Assembly (NCBI GenBank): GCA_963759765.1
Contig: CAVXAL010000003.1
Location: forward strand, 939,409-1,003,408
Reading direction: 5' to 3'
Length of the DNA: 64,000 nt
DNA from: Candidatus Aminicenantes bacterium
GTDB lineage: Bacteria; Acidobacteriota; Aminicenantia; UBA2199
The translations under genes were made by a program, and so were the position numbers. The notes below the pieces were generated by a model. It made no database searches. It was given only the letters and a program-made list of their open reading frames with translations, and had not been told where the DNA came from. Below are positions 54,430 through 64,000 of this stretch, one piece after another (within the stretch, counting starts at the first letter, position 1; each line of letters opens with the position of its first letter).

Positions 54430-54603
54430 TTCTAAATTATAACCAATATGGTTACAAATAGTTCACTCATCATCTGATCTCAGATTGAATCCACCTGTGA
54501 GTGGGGACTCCAGCCTGAAAAAAGAACAGTAGCATCGGCCGTCCGATAAGTCAACCCGAACCCGCTGATTTAGAAAAGTGCGGTCGCAAAGCGGGGCATT
54601 CTC

Positions 54604-54632
54604 TTGACAGTTGCCGGTTTTTCATGTATATG
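54604..54632 (+). promoter_or_regulatory. sigma70-type promoter of ribH-nusB-lysS
   Basis: TTGACA-17bp-TATATG. Confidence 0.5.
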
Positions 54633-54653
54633 TTTTAACCGCGGAGAAGAACA

Positions 54654-55121
54654 ATGAAAGAACACAAAGGCAAACTGATTTCCAAGGGCTTCAAATACGC
54701 CATCGTGGTATCCCGCTTCAACCAGTTTATCACCGACAAGCTGCTGGAGGGCGCTCTCGATGCCCTGATGCGCCATGGCGCCCAGGAGCAGGAGATCGAT
54801 ATCGTGCGCGTGCCCGGTGCCTTTGAAATTCCCATGGTGGCCAAGCGCCTGGTTCTCTGCAAACGCTATCAGGCGGTCGTCTGTCTGGCGGCCATCATCC
54901 GCGGCGAAACTCCCCACTTTGACTACCTGGCCGCCGAGGTGACCAAGGGCATCGCCCAGTTGAACCTGGAGCTCAAAGTGCCGGTCACCTACGGTATCAT
55001 CACCGCCGACAACACCGACCAGGCCATCGAACGCGCCGGTAACAAGATGGGAAACAAGGGCTTTCAGGCAGCCTTGTCAGCCGTGGAGCTGCTCAACCTG
55101 TTTGCCGATGCCAAGATTTGA
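54654..55121 (+). CDS. ribH: 6,7-dimethyl-8-ribityllumazine synthase
   Basis: SRFN, VPGAFEIP, IRGETPHFDY, ERAG. Confidence 0.96.
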   Translation: MKEHKGKLISKGFKYAIVVSRFNQFITDKLLEGALDALMRHGAQEQEIDIVRVPGAFEIPMVAKRLVLCKRYQAVVCLAAIIRGETPHFDYLAAEVTKGIAQLNLELKVPVTYGIITADNTDQAIERAGNKMGNKGFQAALSAVELLNLFADAKI

Positions 55122-55522
55122 TGTTCCGGGTCAAACACTGCCGTGAGATTCTTCTGAAGGTACTCTATCAGATCGATGTGCTGAAGGCGGATGAGGGAGA
55201 GTATGAGCAATTCCTGGACGACTATTTCAACGCCTTTCGCCGGGTCAATAAAGACGAGGAACAGTTTATCCGCCGCCTGCTACGGCACATCGCCCAGAAA
55301 AGGGCCGACATCGACCGCCTGATCAGCAAGAATCTGATTGGCTGGAAGCTGCGGCGCCTCAATCCCATCGACCGCAACTTGCTGCGCATGGGCATCGCCG
55401 AAGCCCATTTCAACGACCAGAAGGCGATCGTCATCGACGACACCATCCGCCTGGCCAAGAAATACAGCGAGGGCGACGCCTACAAGTTCATCAACGCGAT
55501 TCTGGACAAGGTGCTGCCCTGA
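55121..55522 (+). CDS. nusB: Transcription antitermination factor NusB
   Basis: W..RL..IDR..LR, LAKKY, FINAILD; follows ribH. Confidence 0.9.
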   Translation: MFRVKHCREILLKVLYQIDVLKADEGEYEQFLDDYFNAFRRVNKDEEQFIRRLLRHIAQKRADIDRLISKNLIGWKLRRLNPIDRNLLRMGIAEAHFNDQKAIVIDDTIRLAKKYSEGDAYKFINAILDKVLP

Positions 55523-55576
55523 TGCGCCGGCTGAAGATAGATTTAATTGATCGGCAAGGAAGCGGGGAGGAAGCCC

Positions 55577-57049
55577 ATGGATGACCTGGTGCAAATCCGA
55601 CTCGAGAAGCTGAAAAAGATCGCCGACCTGGGCCTGGAGATCTATCCCTACCGCTACGACCGGAGCCACACCTTCCGGCAGCTGATCGGCCAATTCGCTG
55701 GGCGGGATGCGGCCGAACTGGAAAAGCTGGACAGCACGTTCCGCATCGCCGGACGCATTATCGCCATCCGCCTGATGGGCAAGAGCGCTTTCCTGCACCT
55801 GTTCGACGGCGAGGAGAAGCTGCAGATTTACATACGCCAGGAGATGGTTGCCGAGAAGGATTTCCAGCTCTTCAAGCTGCTGGACATCGGCGACATCATC
55901 GGCGCGGAGGGCCGACTCTTCAAGACCCGCAGCCAGGAGTTGACCCTGCTGGTTTCCGGGCTGACCTTCCTGGCCAAGGCGCTGCAGCCGCTGCCGGAAA
56001 AGTGGCACGGGCTGCAGGACAAGGAGCTGCGTTTTCGCCAGCGCTACCTGGACCTGATCGTCAACCCCCAGGCGCGCGCCATCTTCCAGGTGCGCTCGCG
56101 CCTCATCCAGAGCATCCGTTTTTTCTTCAGCGAGCGCGGTTACTTGGAAGTGGAAACGCCGATGATGCACCCCATTGCCGGCGGCGCCTCGGCCCGGCCC
56201 TTCGTCACCCACCACAACGCCCTGAACATTGACCTCTACCTGCGGGTGGCGCCGGAGCTCTACCTCAAGCGCTTGCTGGTGGCCGGCATGGAGAAGATCT
56301 TCGAAATCAACCGCAACTTCCGCAACGAGGGGATCTCGCTGATGCACAACCCCGAGTTCACCATGCTCGAGTTTTATGAACTCTACCGCGATTTCAACGA
56401 CTACATGAGTCTGACCGAGGAGCTGCTGCAGAAGCTGAACGGCGAGTTATTGCCAGAGGCGCGCCTCATTTGGCAGGAACAGACCATCGCCATGAAACCC
56501 CCCTTCCGCCGCGTCCGCTACCTGGACCTGCTCAGCCAGCAGTCGGGGATAGCGGCCGAGCGGCTCTGGGACGAAGAGTATGTGCGGGGGCTCATTTGCG
56601 AGCGCTTCCCCGAGGAGCCGCCGCCGCCCACCTTTGGCAAGATGCTGGAGCTGCTCTTCGACCGTTACGCCGAACCGACCTTGGTCCAGCCGACCTTTGT
56701 AACCCATTTTCCCAAGGCGATTTCGCCCCTTTCCAAGAAGGCGCGCGGAGACGAACGGGAAACCGAGAGATTCGAACTGTACATTGCCGGCATGGAGATA
56801 GCCAACGGCTTCTCCGAGCTGAACGATCCGCTGGACCAGCGCCGGCGCTTCGAGGCCCAGGCGCAGGACCGCCTGCGCGGCGACGACGAGGCCCAGGTGA
56901 TCGACCGGTTCTTCCTCGATGCCCTGGAACGGGGCATGGCGCCGGCTGCCGGCGAAGGCATCGGCATCGACCGTCTGGTCATGCTCTACAGCGGCGCCGC
57001 GTCCATCAAAGAAGTGATCCTCTTCCCCCTGCTCAGGCCTAAGGAATGA
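55577..57049 (+). CDS. lysS: Lysine--tRNA ligase (class II)
   Basis: [34 protein letters not shown]. Confidence 0.97.
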   Translation: MDDLVQIRLEKLKKIADLGLEIYPYRYDRSHTFRQLIGQFAGRDAAELEKLDSTFRIAGRIIAIRLMGKSAFLHLFDGEEKLQIYIRQEMVAEKDFQLFKLLDIGDIIGAEGRLFKTRSQELTLLVSGLTFLAKALQPLPEKWHGLQDKELRFRQRYLDLIVNPQARAIFQVRSRLIQSIRFFFSERGYLEVETPMMHPIAGGASARPFVTHHNALNIDLYLRVAPELYLKRLLVAGMEKIFEINRNFRNEGISLMHNPEFTMLEFYELYRDFNDYMSLTEELLQKLNGELLPEARLIWQEQTIAMKPPFRRVRYLDLLSQQSGIAAERLWDEEYVRGLICERFPEEPPPPTFGKMLELLFDRYAEPTLVQPTFVTHFPKAISPLSKKARGDERETERFELYIAGMEIANGFSELNDPLDQRRRFEAQAQDRLRGDDEAQVIDRFFLDALERGMAPAAGEGIGIDRLVMLYSGAASIKEVILFPLLRPKE

Positions 57050-58261
57050 AGTTCGAGTGGTTCATCGCTCGCCGCTATCTGACCCGCGGTCGCAAGAACT
57101 CCTTCATCTCCATCATCTCCCTGGCCTCTATCCTGGGCATCGCCATCGGCGTGGCCGCGCTGATTATCGCCCTTTCGCTGATCAACGGCTTCCAGGGCGA
57201 CATCCGCGACAAGATCCTCTCCTCCTCGGCCCATATCATGATCAGCGACCGCTTCGGCGAAGGCATCAGCGACTACGAGAAGCTGCTGCCCCGGCTGGCC
57301 CGGGAACTGCCGGAGGTGAAGAGCGTTGTGCCCGTGGTCTACGGCACGGTGCTGCTGCGCGGGCCGGGAAAAGAGGTGTCCGGCGCCGTGTTGCGCGGCA
57401 TCGACCTGGCGTTCTCCGGCATCGAGCCCTGGCTGGCCAAGCTGGAATTCGGCCGCCTGCCCGCAGACACGCGGCAACTGCTGGTCGGCCGGGAAATGGC
57501 CGCCAAAATGAACCTGGCCGTCGGCGACAGCCTGTCTGGTCTTCACCCCCCAGCCCGTTCTCTCGCCGGCCGGCATCCTTCCCCGGATGCGCCGCTTTCT
57601 CGTCAGCGGCATCTTTCGCTCGGGGCTGTTCGAGTTTGACAGCGGCACGGTGATCACCGGCCTGGCCGCGGCCCAGGGGCTTCTGGACCTGGGAAAACGG
57701 ATCAGCTACCTGCAGGTAAACCTGCACGACCTGTTTGCTGCCGAGCGCGTGGCCGAGCGGTTGCGGGGCTTCCTGCCGCTGCAGTTGTCGGTGGTCACCT
57801 GGAAAGAACTCAACGAATCGCTCTATTCGGCGTTGAAACTGGAAAAGAGCGTCCTCTTCTTCACCCTGACGCTGATCATCGTTGTGGCTGCTCTGAACAT
57901 CGTTGCTGGCTTGATTCTGCTGGTCATCCAGAAGATCCGTGACATCGGCATCCTGCTCTCCTACGGCGCCGGCCCGCCCCTGATCCGGCGCATCTTCTTC
58001 ATCCAGGGCAGCATCATCGGCCTCATCGGCACGCTCGGCGGCGTGCTTTTCGGGCTGCTGTTCTGCGGGCTGGCCAACCGCTTCCAGCTGATCCGGGTGC
58101 CTTCGGAAATCTACCAGGTCAGCTTCGTCTCTTTCCGCGTCAACGGCTGGGATTTGGCGGCCGTGGTCGCCGTTTCCCTGCTGATCAGCCTGACGGCCAC
58201 GCTGATCCCCTCGCGCCGGGCTGCCGCCATCAACGTGGTGGACGCGGTCAAGTACGAATAG
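57046..58261 (+). CDS. Lipoprotein-releasing ABC permease, LolC/E family (frameshift near 57535)
   Basis: IARRYL, GIAIGVAALI, INGF, IIVVAALNI, IPSRRAA. Confidence 0.87.
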
Positions 58262-58329
58262 TTGAAATTCCTTTTTCATCCGGATTGGTATACAATACGG
58301 ATGGATCGCTTGAGCCAGGGAGGAAAGGC

Positions 58330-58932
58330 ATGACCCGTCGGAGCAAGATGTGGCTGGGGGGTATCAGCCTGTGCGGCGCCCTGGCCTTGTGGGTGCTGCC
58401 CCAGAATGCCCCCGGTCTGGACTGGAAAGCCCTGCAGGAGGCCTGGACAGCCTACAGCCAGGGCCCGGGCGCAGAGACGCTCAACCGCGTGTTGCAGCTG
58501 CTTCCGGAAAAGAGGAAGGCGCCGAACAGCAGCAGCGATGGCGCCACTGCCGTTTCGTTCATCCTGAACAACATCGCCGTGCTGGAAACCCAACTGGTGG
58601 AAAGGAATCCGGCGGCCGTGCGCCTGGCGTTCCGCCTCTTTTCAGTTTCCTTCGGCGATTTTGAAATCAAACTGGCCAAATTGCTGGGCACTTCCATCGG
58701 TTTCGACCCGTTGCTCTTCTTGCAGGAACTGGCTCTGAACCGGGATCTGGTGCCCGATCTGGAGTTGGTGCTGGCCAGTTTCCAACTGGGTTCCCAGCCC
58801 GGTGATTCTGCACGGGAGATGGAGCGCAAATACCGGCTCCACGTCCTGGAGGGTATCGAGCTGAAGGACAAGAACCTCAAGTCCCTGCGCAACGAGTGCC
58901 TGAAAATTCTCAAGCAGGCCAAGACCCCCTGA
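58330..58932 (+). CDS. Hypothetical exported protein
   Basis: SD AGGAAAGG, N-terminal hydrophobic stretch. Confidence 0.6.
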   Translation: MTRRSKMWLGGISLCGALALWVLPQNAPGLDWKALQEAWTAYSQGPGAETLNRVLQLLPEKRKAPNSSSDGATAVSFILNNIAVLETQLVERNPAAVRLAFRLFSVSFGDFEIKLAKLLGTSIGFDPLLFLQELALNRDLVPDLELVLASFQLGSQPGDSAREMERKYRLHVLEGIELKDKNLKSLRNECLKILKQAKTP

Positions 58933-58953
58933 GGCGTTGCCGAACGAGCGGTC

Positions 58954-59523
58954 ATGAGTATCCGGATTGAAGCGGCGCATCTGGACGAGGTGGTCGTGCT
59001 GGTCCCCGATGTCCATGAGGATGAGAGGGGATTTTTTCTGGAAACGTTCCGCGCCGACCAATTCCGGGAGCTGGGGCTGCCCGGTCAGTTCGTTCAGGAG
59101 AACCACTCGGGCTCCCGCAAAGGAGTGGTGCGTGGCCTCCATTTCCAATGGGATCCGCCCATGGGCAAGCTGATGCGGGTGACCGCGGGATCCGCTTTCC
59201 TGGTTGCGGCGGATATCCGCACGGATTCAGCGACCCTGGGCAAGTGGTTCGGCATCGAGGCCTCGACTCAAAACCGCGTCCAGGTCTGGGCGCCGGCCGG
59301 ATTCGCCCGCGGTTTCTGCGCCCTTTCCGACTGGGCCGAAATCCAGTACCTGTGCACCGCGGTTTACAACCCGGAGGGTGAAGGCGCCATCCGCTGGAAC
59401 GATCCCGACATCGGTATCCGCTGGCCTGTCGCCAACCCGCTGCTTTCCGCCAAAGACGCGGTAGCGCAGACTCTCTCCCAGTGGCTCGCCTCGCCCAACG
59501 CATCCCGTTTGAGTTACCCCTGA
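58954..59523 (+). CDS. rmlC: dTDP-4-dehydrorhamnose 3,5-epimerase
   Basis: DERGFFLE, QENHS, RGLHFQ, IRWNDP. Confidence 0.93.
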   Translation: MSIRIEAAHLDEVVVLVPDVHEDERGFFLETFRADQFRELGLPGQFVQENHSGSRKGVVRGLHFQWDPPMGKLMRVTAGSAFLVAADIRTDSATLGKWFGIEASTQNRVQVWAPAGFARGFCALSDWAEIQYLCTAVYNPEGEGAIRWNDPDIGIRWPVANPLLSAKDAVAQTLSQWLASPNASRLSYP

Positions 59524-59591
59524 CCTTCCACTAATATGACAACCAGCTGCGCCCAATATGCCCGGTTGATCCACGAGATGGCAAAGCGGCC

Positions 59592-60713
59592 ATGAACATC
59601 GCCTGCGATATCCGGGTCTTTATCGCTGCCGAAACCGGAATCGGTAACTACTACCGCAACTTGCTTTACTATCTAGCCCGCATCGACAAACAGAACACGT
59701 ATTTCCTTTTCTCCTCTTCCCTCAAGCAGCGCTTCCCGCTCAACCGGCTGCCTTCTTTCGCAAAGCGCCGGTTCAGCGATCAGAGGATACCGGTCCGGGT
59801 GTTGAATTACTTTTGGCAGCGCTTTTCTTTACCTTCTGTTGATCTGTTTTTCCGAGAAAAGATCGAACTATCTCATTCGCCAGTCCCTTTTCTCTTGCCT
59901 TGCACCGGGAAGAAGATCGTCACACTGCACGACTTGTTTTTCCTTGATTCCCCAAGTCAGGCTCAGCCTGAAACCCGCCAATTCTCGCCGCAGCTTTTAC
60001 GCTCCCACCTGGAGCGGGCCGACGGAATTATCTGCGCATCACACGATGCCTGCAACCGACTCCTTGATCGCTGGCCTATTAATGCCAACAAATGCCGGGT
60101 CATCCGTCACGGTCTCCATCCTGTTTTTTTTCCCCCGTTGAATCAAATTTCCGTTGCCCGTGAACGGCTTTTCCTTCCTGAGGCTTATGCCCTTGTCAGC
60201 GGCACAATCGAGCCGCGCAAAAACCTGCCTATGCTGCTGCGCCTGCTGGTTCGGCTCCGACACCGAGGAATAAAAATCCCTCTGGTTATTGCCGGCAAAC
60301 CAGGCTGGGAAAAAGAAGAGTACCAGGCTCTGCGTAAAGAACTGGGGGCGCAGGTAATCGAGACCGGGTATGTCGAGATCGACGAGCTATCTCGTTTGTA
60401 CCGGGGCGCCCGCTTCCTGGTCTTCCCATCATTGGCCGAGGGCTTCGGGTTTCCGCTGCTCGAGGGGCTTGCTTCGGGCATCCCCGTGCTCTGTTCAGAT
60501 CTGCAGGTGTTCCACGAGATCGGTTCCGATTTTCCCCTCTTTTTCGACCTGAACCGTCCCGACGATCTAGAGGATAAATTTCTTAAGCTTTGGCTGAATC
60601 CTGAATACCCGAGACGCGAAGAAGCACGGGAATACGCTCTCTCTTTTACCTGGGAACTTTGCGCCTCGCAAACCCTCGATTTTTACCGCGAAGTGGCGAG
60701 AGAAAACGCATGA
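59592..60713 (+). CDS. GT4-family glycosyltransferase
   Basis: TGIGNY, TLHDL, EPRKN, EGFGFPLLE. Confidence 0.9.
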   Translation: MNIACDIRVFIAAETGIGNYYRNLLYYLARIDKQNTYFLFSSSLKQRFPLNRLPSFAKRRFSDQRIPVRVLNYFWQRFSLPSVDLFFREKIELSHSPVPFLLPCTGKKIVTLHDLFFLDSPSQAQPETRQFSPQLLRSHLERADGIICASHDACNRLLDRWPINANKCRVIRHGLHPVFFPPLNQISVARERLFLPEAYALVSGTIEPRKNLPMLLRLLVRLRHRGIKIPLVIAGKPGWEKEEYQALRKELGAQVIETGYVEIDELSRLYRGARFLVFPSLAEGFGFPLLEGLASGIPVLCSDLQVFHEIGSDFPLFFDLNRPDDLEDKFLKLWLNPEYPRREEAREYALSFTWELCASQTLDFYREVARENA

Positions 60714-61804
60714 GGATCGCAGTAGACGGTTATGAACTCGGTCCGCGGCCGACCGGCGTGGGCCGCTACCTGCGCAGCCTTCTGCTGGCGCTCCTGCGCC
60801 TCGACTTCGAGAATTCCTATACGCTGTTTGTCCGCCAGGAACCGGATCCGCCTTTGCAGGCGTCCAATCTCGAAACCGTGGTTCTGCCCGGTGCCGGCAG
60901 CTATTCCCTCTGGCAGAACTTCCCCCTGCGGCGGGCGCTGGCCGCAAAGCGGTACGACCTGCTCTTCGCACCCAACTACCATTTTCCCCTGGCTCACAGG
61001 GGCCGGGTGCTGCTGGTCATCCACGATGTATCTTGGAGGGCGCGGCCGCGAGATATTCGTTTGCGGGAAAGGCTTGTTAAAGACTTCAAATGCCGCTGGA
61101 ATATTTCCCGCGCCTGGAAGATCGTCTGCGATTCCGAGTTCACCAAAAAAGAGCTGGCCCGTTTTTACCACCCTCCCGACAGGCGGGTCCATACCGTGTG
61201 GCTGGGAGTCGAGGATTCGTTTTCCCGATCCGGGCCTGAGGAGATCGCCCGATTCAAGGCCCGGTACGGAATCGGGGAGGGCCGGGTGCTGGGTTATGCC
61301 GGAACCATGTTCGGCAGGCGGCACGTGAGCGAATTGATCGAGGCCTTTCAACGCCTGAAGACCCGTTTCCCTGTCACCCTGTTCCTGGTGGGCCAAATCC
61401 CCAGGCCGGGACCTCTGGAGCGGCAGCTCCGCCAAGAAGGAATCATCTGGCGCGAGTGGCTTCCCGAAGAGGAGATGAATCCCTTTTACTCTGCCCTCGA
61501 TCTTTTCCTTTATCTGTCCGACTACGAGGGGTTCGGCTTGCCGCCGCTGGAAGCGCTCTGCTGCGGCGCCGTCCCCCTGCTTCTCCGCTCCTCGTCGCTG
61601 ACCGAGGTGTTCGCCGGCATCGCCCTGTTCAGCGACGATCCGGCTCCCGAAACCATCGCGGCGTCGGTCCTGAATTTTTTCGCGAACGAGGATAAAATCC
61701 GCCCCGACCTGAGAGCCCGCTGGAACGAATCCCGCGGCCGGTTCTCCTGGCAGAGGGTCGCCCGCTCCTATCTCGAATTGCTCCGCGACTTGCGGGAACT
61801 GTAG
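60710..61804 (+). CDS. GT4-family glycosyltransferase
   Basis: TGVGRY, IHDV, EGFGLPPLEA. Confidence 0.9.
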   Translation: MRIAVDGYELGPRPTGVGRYLRSLLLALLRLDFENSYTLFVRQEPDPPLQASNLETVVLPGAGSYSLWQNFPLRRALAAKRYDLLFAPNYHFPLAHRGRVLLVIHDVSWRARPRDIRLRERLVKDFKCRWNISRAWKIVCDSEFTKKELARFYHPPDRRVHTVWLGVEDSFSRSGPEEIARFKARYGIGEGRVLGYAGTMFGRRHVSELIEAFQRLKTRFPVTLFLVGQIPRPGPLERQLRQEGIIWREWLPEEEMNPFYSALDLFLYLSDYEGFGLPPLEALCCGAVPLLLRSSSLTEVFAGIALFSDDPAPETIAASVLNFFANEDKIRPDLRARWNESRGRFSWQRVARSYLELLRDLREL

Positions 61805-61807
61805 CTT

Positions 61808-61951
61808 CTATTTTTTGAGAAACACCGGCTGGGTGAAGGCCAGGTCACCCGAGCTGACGATCACCTTGGCGCGGACATAAAGTTCATCACCCCGGAGCGT
61901 GTACGAGGCCTGCAGGCCGTAAACTTCCTTGAGAATTTTCCCGTGATCTCT
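61808..61951 (-). pseudogene. Headless C-terminal remnant of a PHP/CehA-McbA-like metallohydrolase
   Basis: RDHGKILKEVYGLQASYTLRGDELYVRAKVIVSSGDLAFTQPVFLKK*, preceded by in-frame stops, no start codon. Confidence 0.6.
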
Positions 61952-61957
61952 TTATGT

Positions 61958-62908
61958 TCACGCGTCTTGGCTCAGTTCTTCCAGATGAGCGACAACGGCG
62001 CTGGCCAGGCCTTCCGGGTCGTAGCCCCCTTCCAGAACCGCGAGCAGCCGGCCGGCAGCGGCAATGCGGGAGATCTCGTTCATGATGCGGGTGAGCTCGC
62101 GGAACCCTTCGTCGTCCAGGTTGAAACCGCCCAGCGGATCGCCCCGGCGCGAATCGAATCCAGCCGAGACCAATACCAGTTGCGGCTGAAAGGCCCTGGC
62201 CGCCGGCAGCAGGTCGTCGCGGAAGGCGCTGATTATCTCGTTGTTACCGGTCCCGGGCAAAAAGGGGCGGTTGATGATCAGGCCCCGGGCCGGGCCGGCG
62301 CCGATTTCGTCCGGCCGGCCGGTTCCCGGGTAGAGCGGGAATTGATGGGTGCTGAAAAAGAGGACCGTGCCGTCCGCGTAAAAGATCTCCTGGGTGCCGT
62401 TACCATGGTGGACATCCCAGTCGGCGATCAGCACCCGCTCAACGCCGTACCTTTTCTGGGCATAACGGGCGGCCAGAGCGACGTTGTTGAAGATGCAGAA
62501 GCCCATACCCCGGCGCGTGGAGGCATGGTGCCCGGGCGGGCGTACGGCGCAAAAGGCCTTGCTGCAGGTTCCGGAAAAGAGCGCATCAATGGCCTGCAAC
62601 ACCCCGCCCGCGGCCCAGCGGGCAACCCGGAAACTATCGGCAGAGATCGCCGTGTCGCCGGTGGAAAGCGTGGTCTGGCCTGTGCTGCACTCCCGCTCCA
62701 CCACAGCGATATAGCTCGGGTCATGGACCAGGGCCAGGTGTTGGCGGGAGGCTTCTGCCGCTTTCAGCCAGAGCAGGCGTTCGGCGATCTTTTCTTTTTT
62801 GACCCGGGCAACGAGCGCGGCCAGGCGGGCCGGCGTTTCGGGATGGGATGCGCCAGTCAAATGGCCGAGAAAACATCCGTCGAAAAGAAAGCCGACTTTA
62901 CCGCTCAT
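61958..62908 (-). CDS. Histone deacetylase-family protein
   Basis: HPETPARL, RPPGHHA, GFC, DWDVHHGNGT, SAGFD, EGGY; real start ATG 62908. Confidence 0.93.
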   Translation of the reverse strand: MSGKVGFLFDGCFLGHLTGASHPETPARLAALVARVKKEKIAERLLWLKAAEASRQHLALVHDPSYIAVVERECSTGQTTLSTGDTAISADSFRVARWAAGGVLQAIDALFSGTCSKAFCAVRPPGHHASTRRGMGFCIFNNVALAARYAQKRYGVERVLIADWDVHHGNGTQEIFYADGTVLFFSTHQFPLYPGTGRPDEIGAGPARGLIINRPFLPGTGNNEIISAFRDDLLPAARAFQPQLVLVSAGFDSRRGDPLGGFNLDDEGFRELTRIMNEISRIAAAGRLLAVLEGGYDPEGLASAVVAHLEELSQDA

Positions 62909-62963
62909 CGATATCCGGCGGCCATTATGCACCATCTTCAGAAGAAAGAGAAGTTCGCTTGCT

Positions 62964-62992
62964 TTGACATTTGCTTGCGAAAGGTTTAAAAT
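62964..62992 (+). promoter_or_regulatory. sigma70 promoter of the FHA gene
   Basis: TTGACA-17bp-TAAAAT. Confidence 0.72.
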
Positions 62993-63025
62993 TATTTCAC
63001 TCCCATTCAACGAGGAGAAAGGAAC

Positions 63026-63994
63026 ATGGCTGGCAACGAAGCGAGTCGGGTCCATTTGCGAGGACTCTCCGGAACCTACAAGGGCCGGGAATACCCGCTC
63101 AACAAGGACGAGTTCACGATTGGCCGCCTGTCGGGGAGCGATCTGTTTCTCGATGACAGCACGATATCCGCCCGCCATGCCTGCATCCGCCGCGTCGGCG
63201 GCGGCTACGAGGTCAGCGACCTGCGGTCGACCAACGGCACCTGCGTCAACGGGAAACGCATCGAACGGCAGCGGCTGCGGGCCGATGACATCATCCGTTT
63301 CGACGTCCATGAGTTCCTGTTCATCAATCCCGTGGATGTGTCCCGCACCATCATCTCCGCGGTCAGCGGCGAGACGGTCTGGTACCAGAAGACGGCCCCG
63401 GAGGGGCACCCCCGGCCGATCGTGATGGCCGAATCGGATCTGGAGCGCAGCCGCGACGGATTGTCCACCACCCAGCTCTATCGCCCCAGAGATATGCGAA
63501 GTGACAACCTGTTCTGGGGATTGCTCTGGGGGCTGATTTTCGCCTTTGCCTGCTCCTGGGGAGGGCTTTTCCTCAATTCCTGGTCCGCCAAGGGCTTCCC
63601 GGCTTTGGGCAGCATCCTGCGAGAACAACTGCAGTATTTCCCCCTGCTGCATCTGCACACGGCCTGGCTGGGTATCGGCTGGACGCTGCCCACCGTGTTC
63701 AACGCGGTTCTCCTGCTGCTGGGGCTGATCGTCGGCGGCCTGATCGTCCAGAGCATCGCCCGGGACAAGCGCTGGCGGGCGGCCCTGCTGTTCGGACTCT
63801 GCTATACGCTGTTGGCCGAGCTGGCGCAACTGTCCGCCTGCCGCTTCAAGCTGGCAGCCTGGAAAGCAGTGGGGCAAACGGCCGGCCTGGGTGTGACCCA
63901 GCCCTGGCTGGCCTTGGGCGTGATCGCCTTCTACCTCTGGGCGGTGGCCGCGCTTTTTTCCTTTTTGGGAACTCTCCTGGCCAGAAAAAAATAA
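63026..63994 (+). CDS. FHA-domain membrane protein
   Basis: IGR, ISARHA, STNGT; about 4 C-terminal TM helices. Confidence 0.88.
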   Translation: MAGNEASRVHLRGLSGTYKGREYPLNKDEFTIGRLSGSDLFLDDSTISARHACIRRVGGGYEVSDLRSTNGTCVNGKRIERQRLRADDIIRFDVHEFLFINPVDVSRTIISAVSGETVWYQKTAPEGHPRPIVMAESDLERSRDGLSTTQLYRPRDMRSDNLFWGLLWGLIFAFACSWGGLFLNSWSAKGFPALGSILREQLQYFPLLHLHTAWLGIGWTLPTVFNAVLLLLGLIVGGLIVQSIARDKRWRAALLFGLCYTLLAELAQLSACRFKLAAWKAVGQTAGLGVTQPWLALGVIAFYLWAVAALFSFLGTLLARKK

Positions 63995-64000
63995 TGGGGC

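Noticed and set aside
54430-54650. FMN riboswitch or 6S RNA upstream of ribH
   Set aside because: No recognisable consensus, and the likely promoter is only about 20 nt from ribH.
61958-63877. 639-aa ORF suggesting a long HDAC N-terminal extension
   Set aside because: The extension is the antisense shadow of the FHA gene; HDAC homology starts at 62908.

Overview
A gene-dense, mostly GC-rich chromosomal segment from a diderm bacterium. Gene content (tricorn and DPP IV peptidases, clustered amino-acid permeases, paralogous outer-membrane beta-barrels, FecR/DUF6600-like protein, very large membrane kinase) suggests Candidatus Aminicenantes/Acidobacteriota, but this is inference only. About 55 genes, one tRNA-Leu(TAG) and several near-consensus sigma70 promoters are readable. 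No CRISPR array, integrase or transposase was seen. Many conserved genes (rpsT, glgC, pfkA, lolD, lolC/E, mpl, ldcA, tricorn) carry 1-bp frameshifts, most likely long-read consensus errors. The best candidate for a novel system lies at 17.4-22.0 kb, just downstream of tRNA-Leu. It is a two-gene Ralstonia phcBSR-like quorum-sensing cassette: a tandem-PilZ-like/PhcB-type SAM methyltransferase overlapping a TM-HK-REC-HK kinase that looks like a PhcS-PhcR fusion. An AT-rich block spans the synthase catalytic domain and the receptor sensor domain, resembling a swapped specificity module. Other items of note: a PTS-EIIA/P2-ATPase fusion with unusual ion-site residues, a non-pyrrolysine MttB + corrinoid protein + homocysteine methyltransferase operon, a split MgtE-sensor + NRAMP-like Mg2+ transporter pair, a sigma54-type promoter before the FecR-like gene, two AT-rich paralogous beta-barrel islets, and a headless PHP-family gene remnant.
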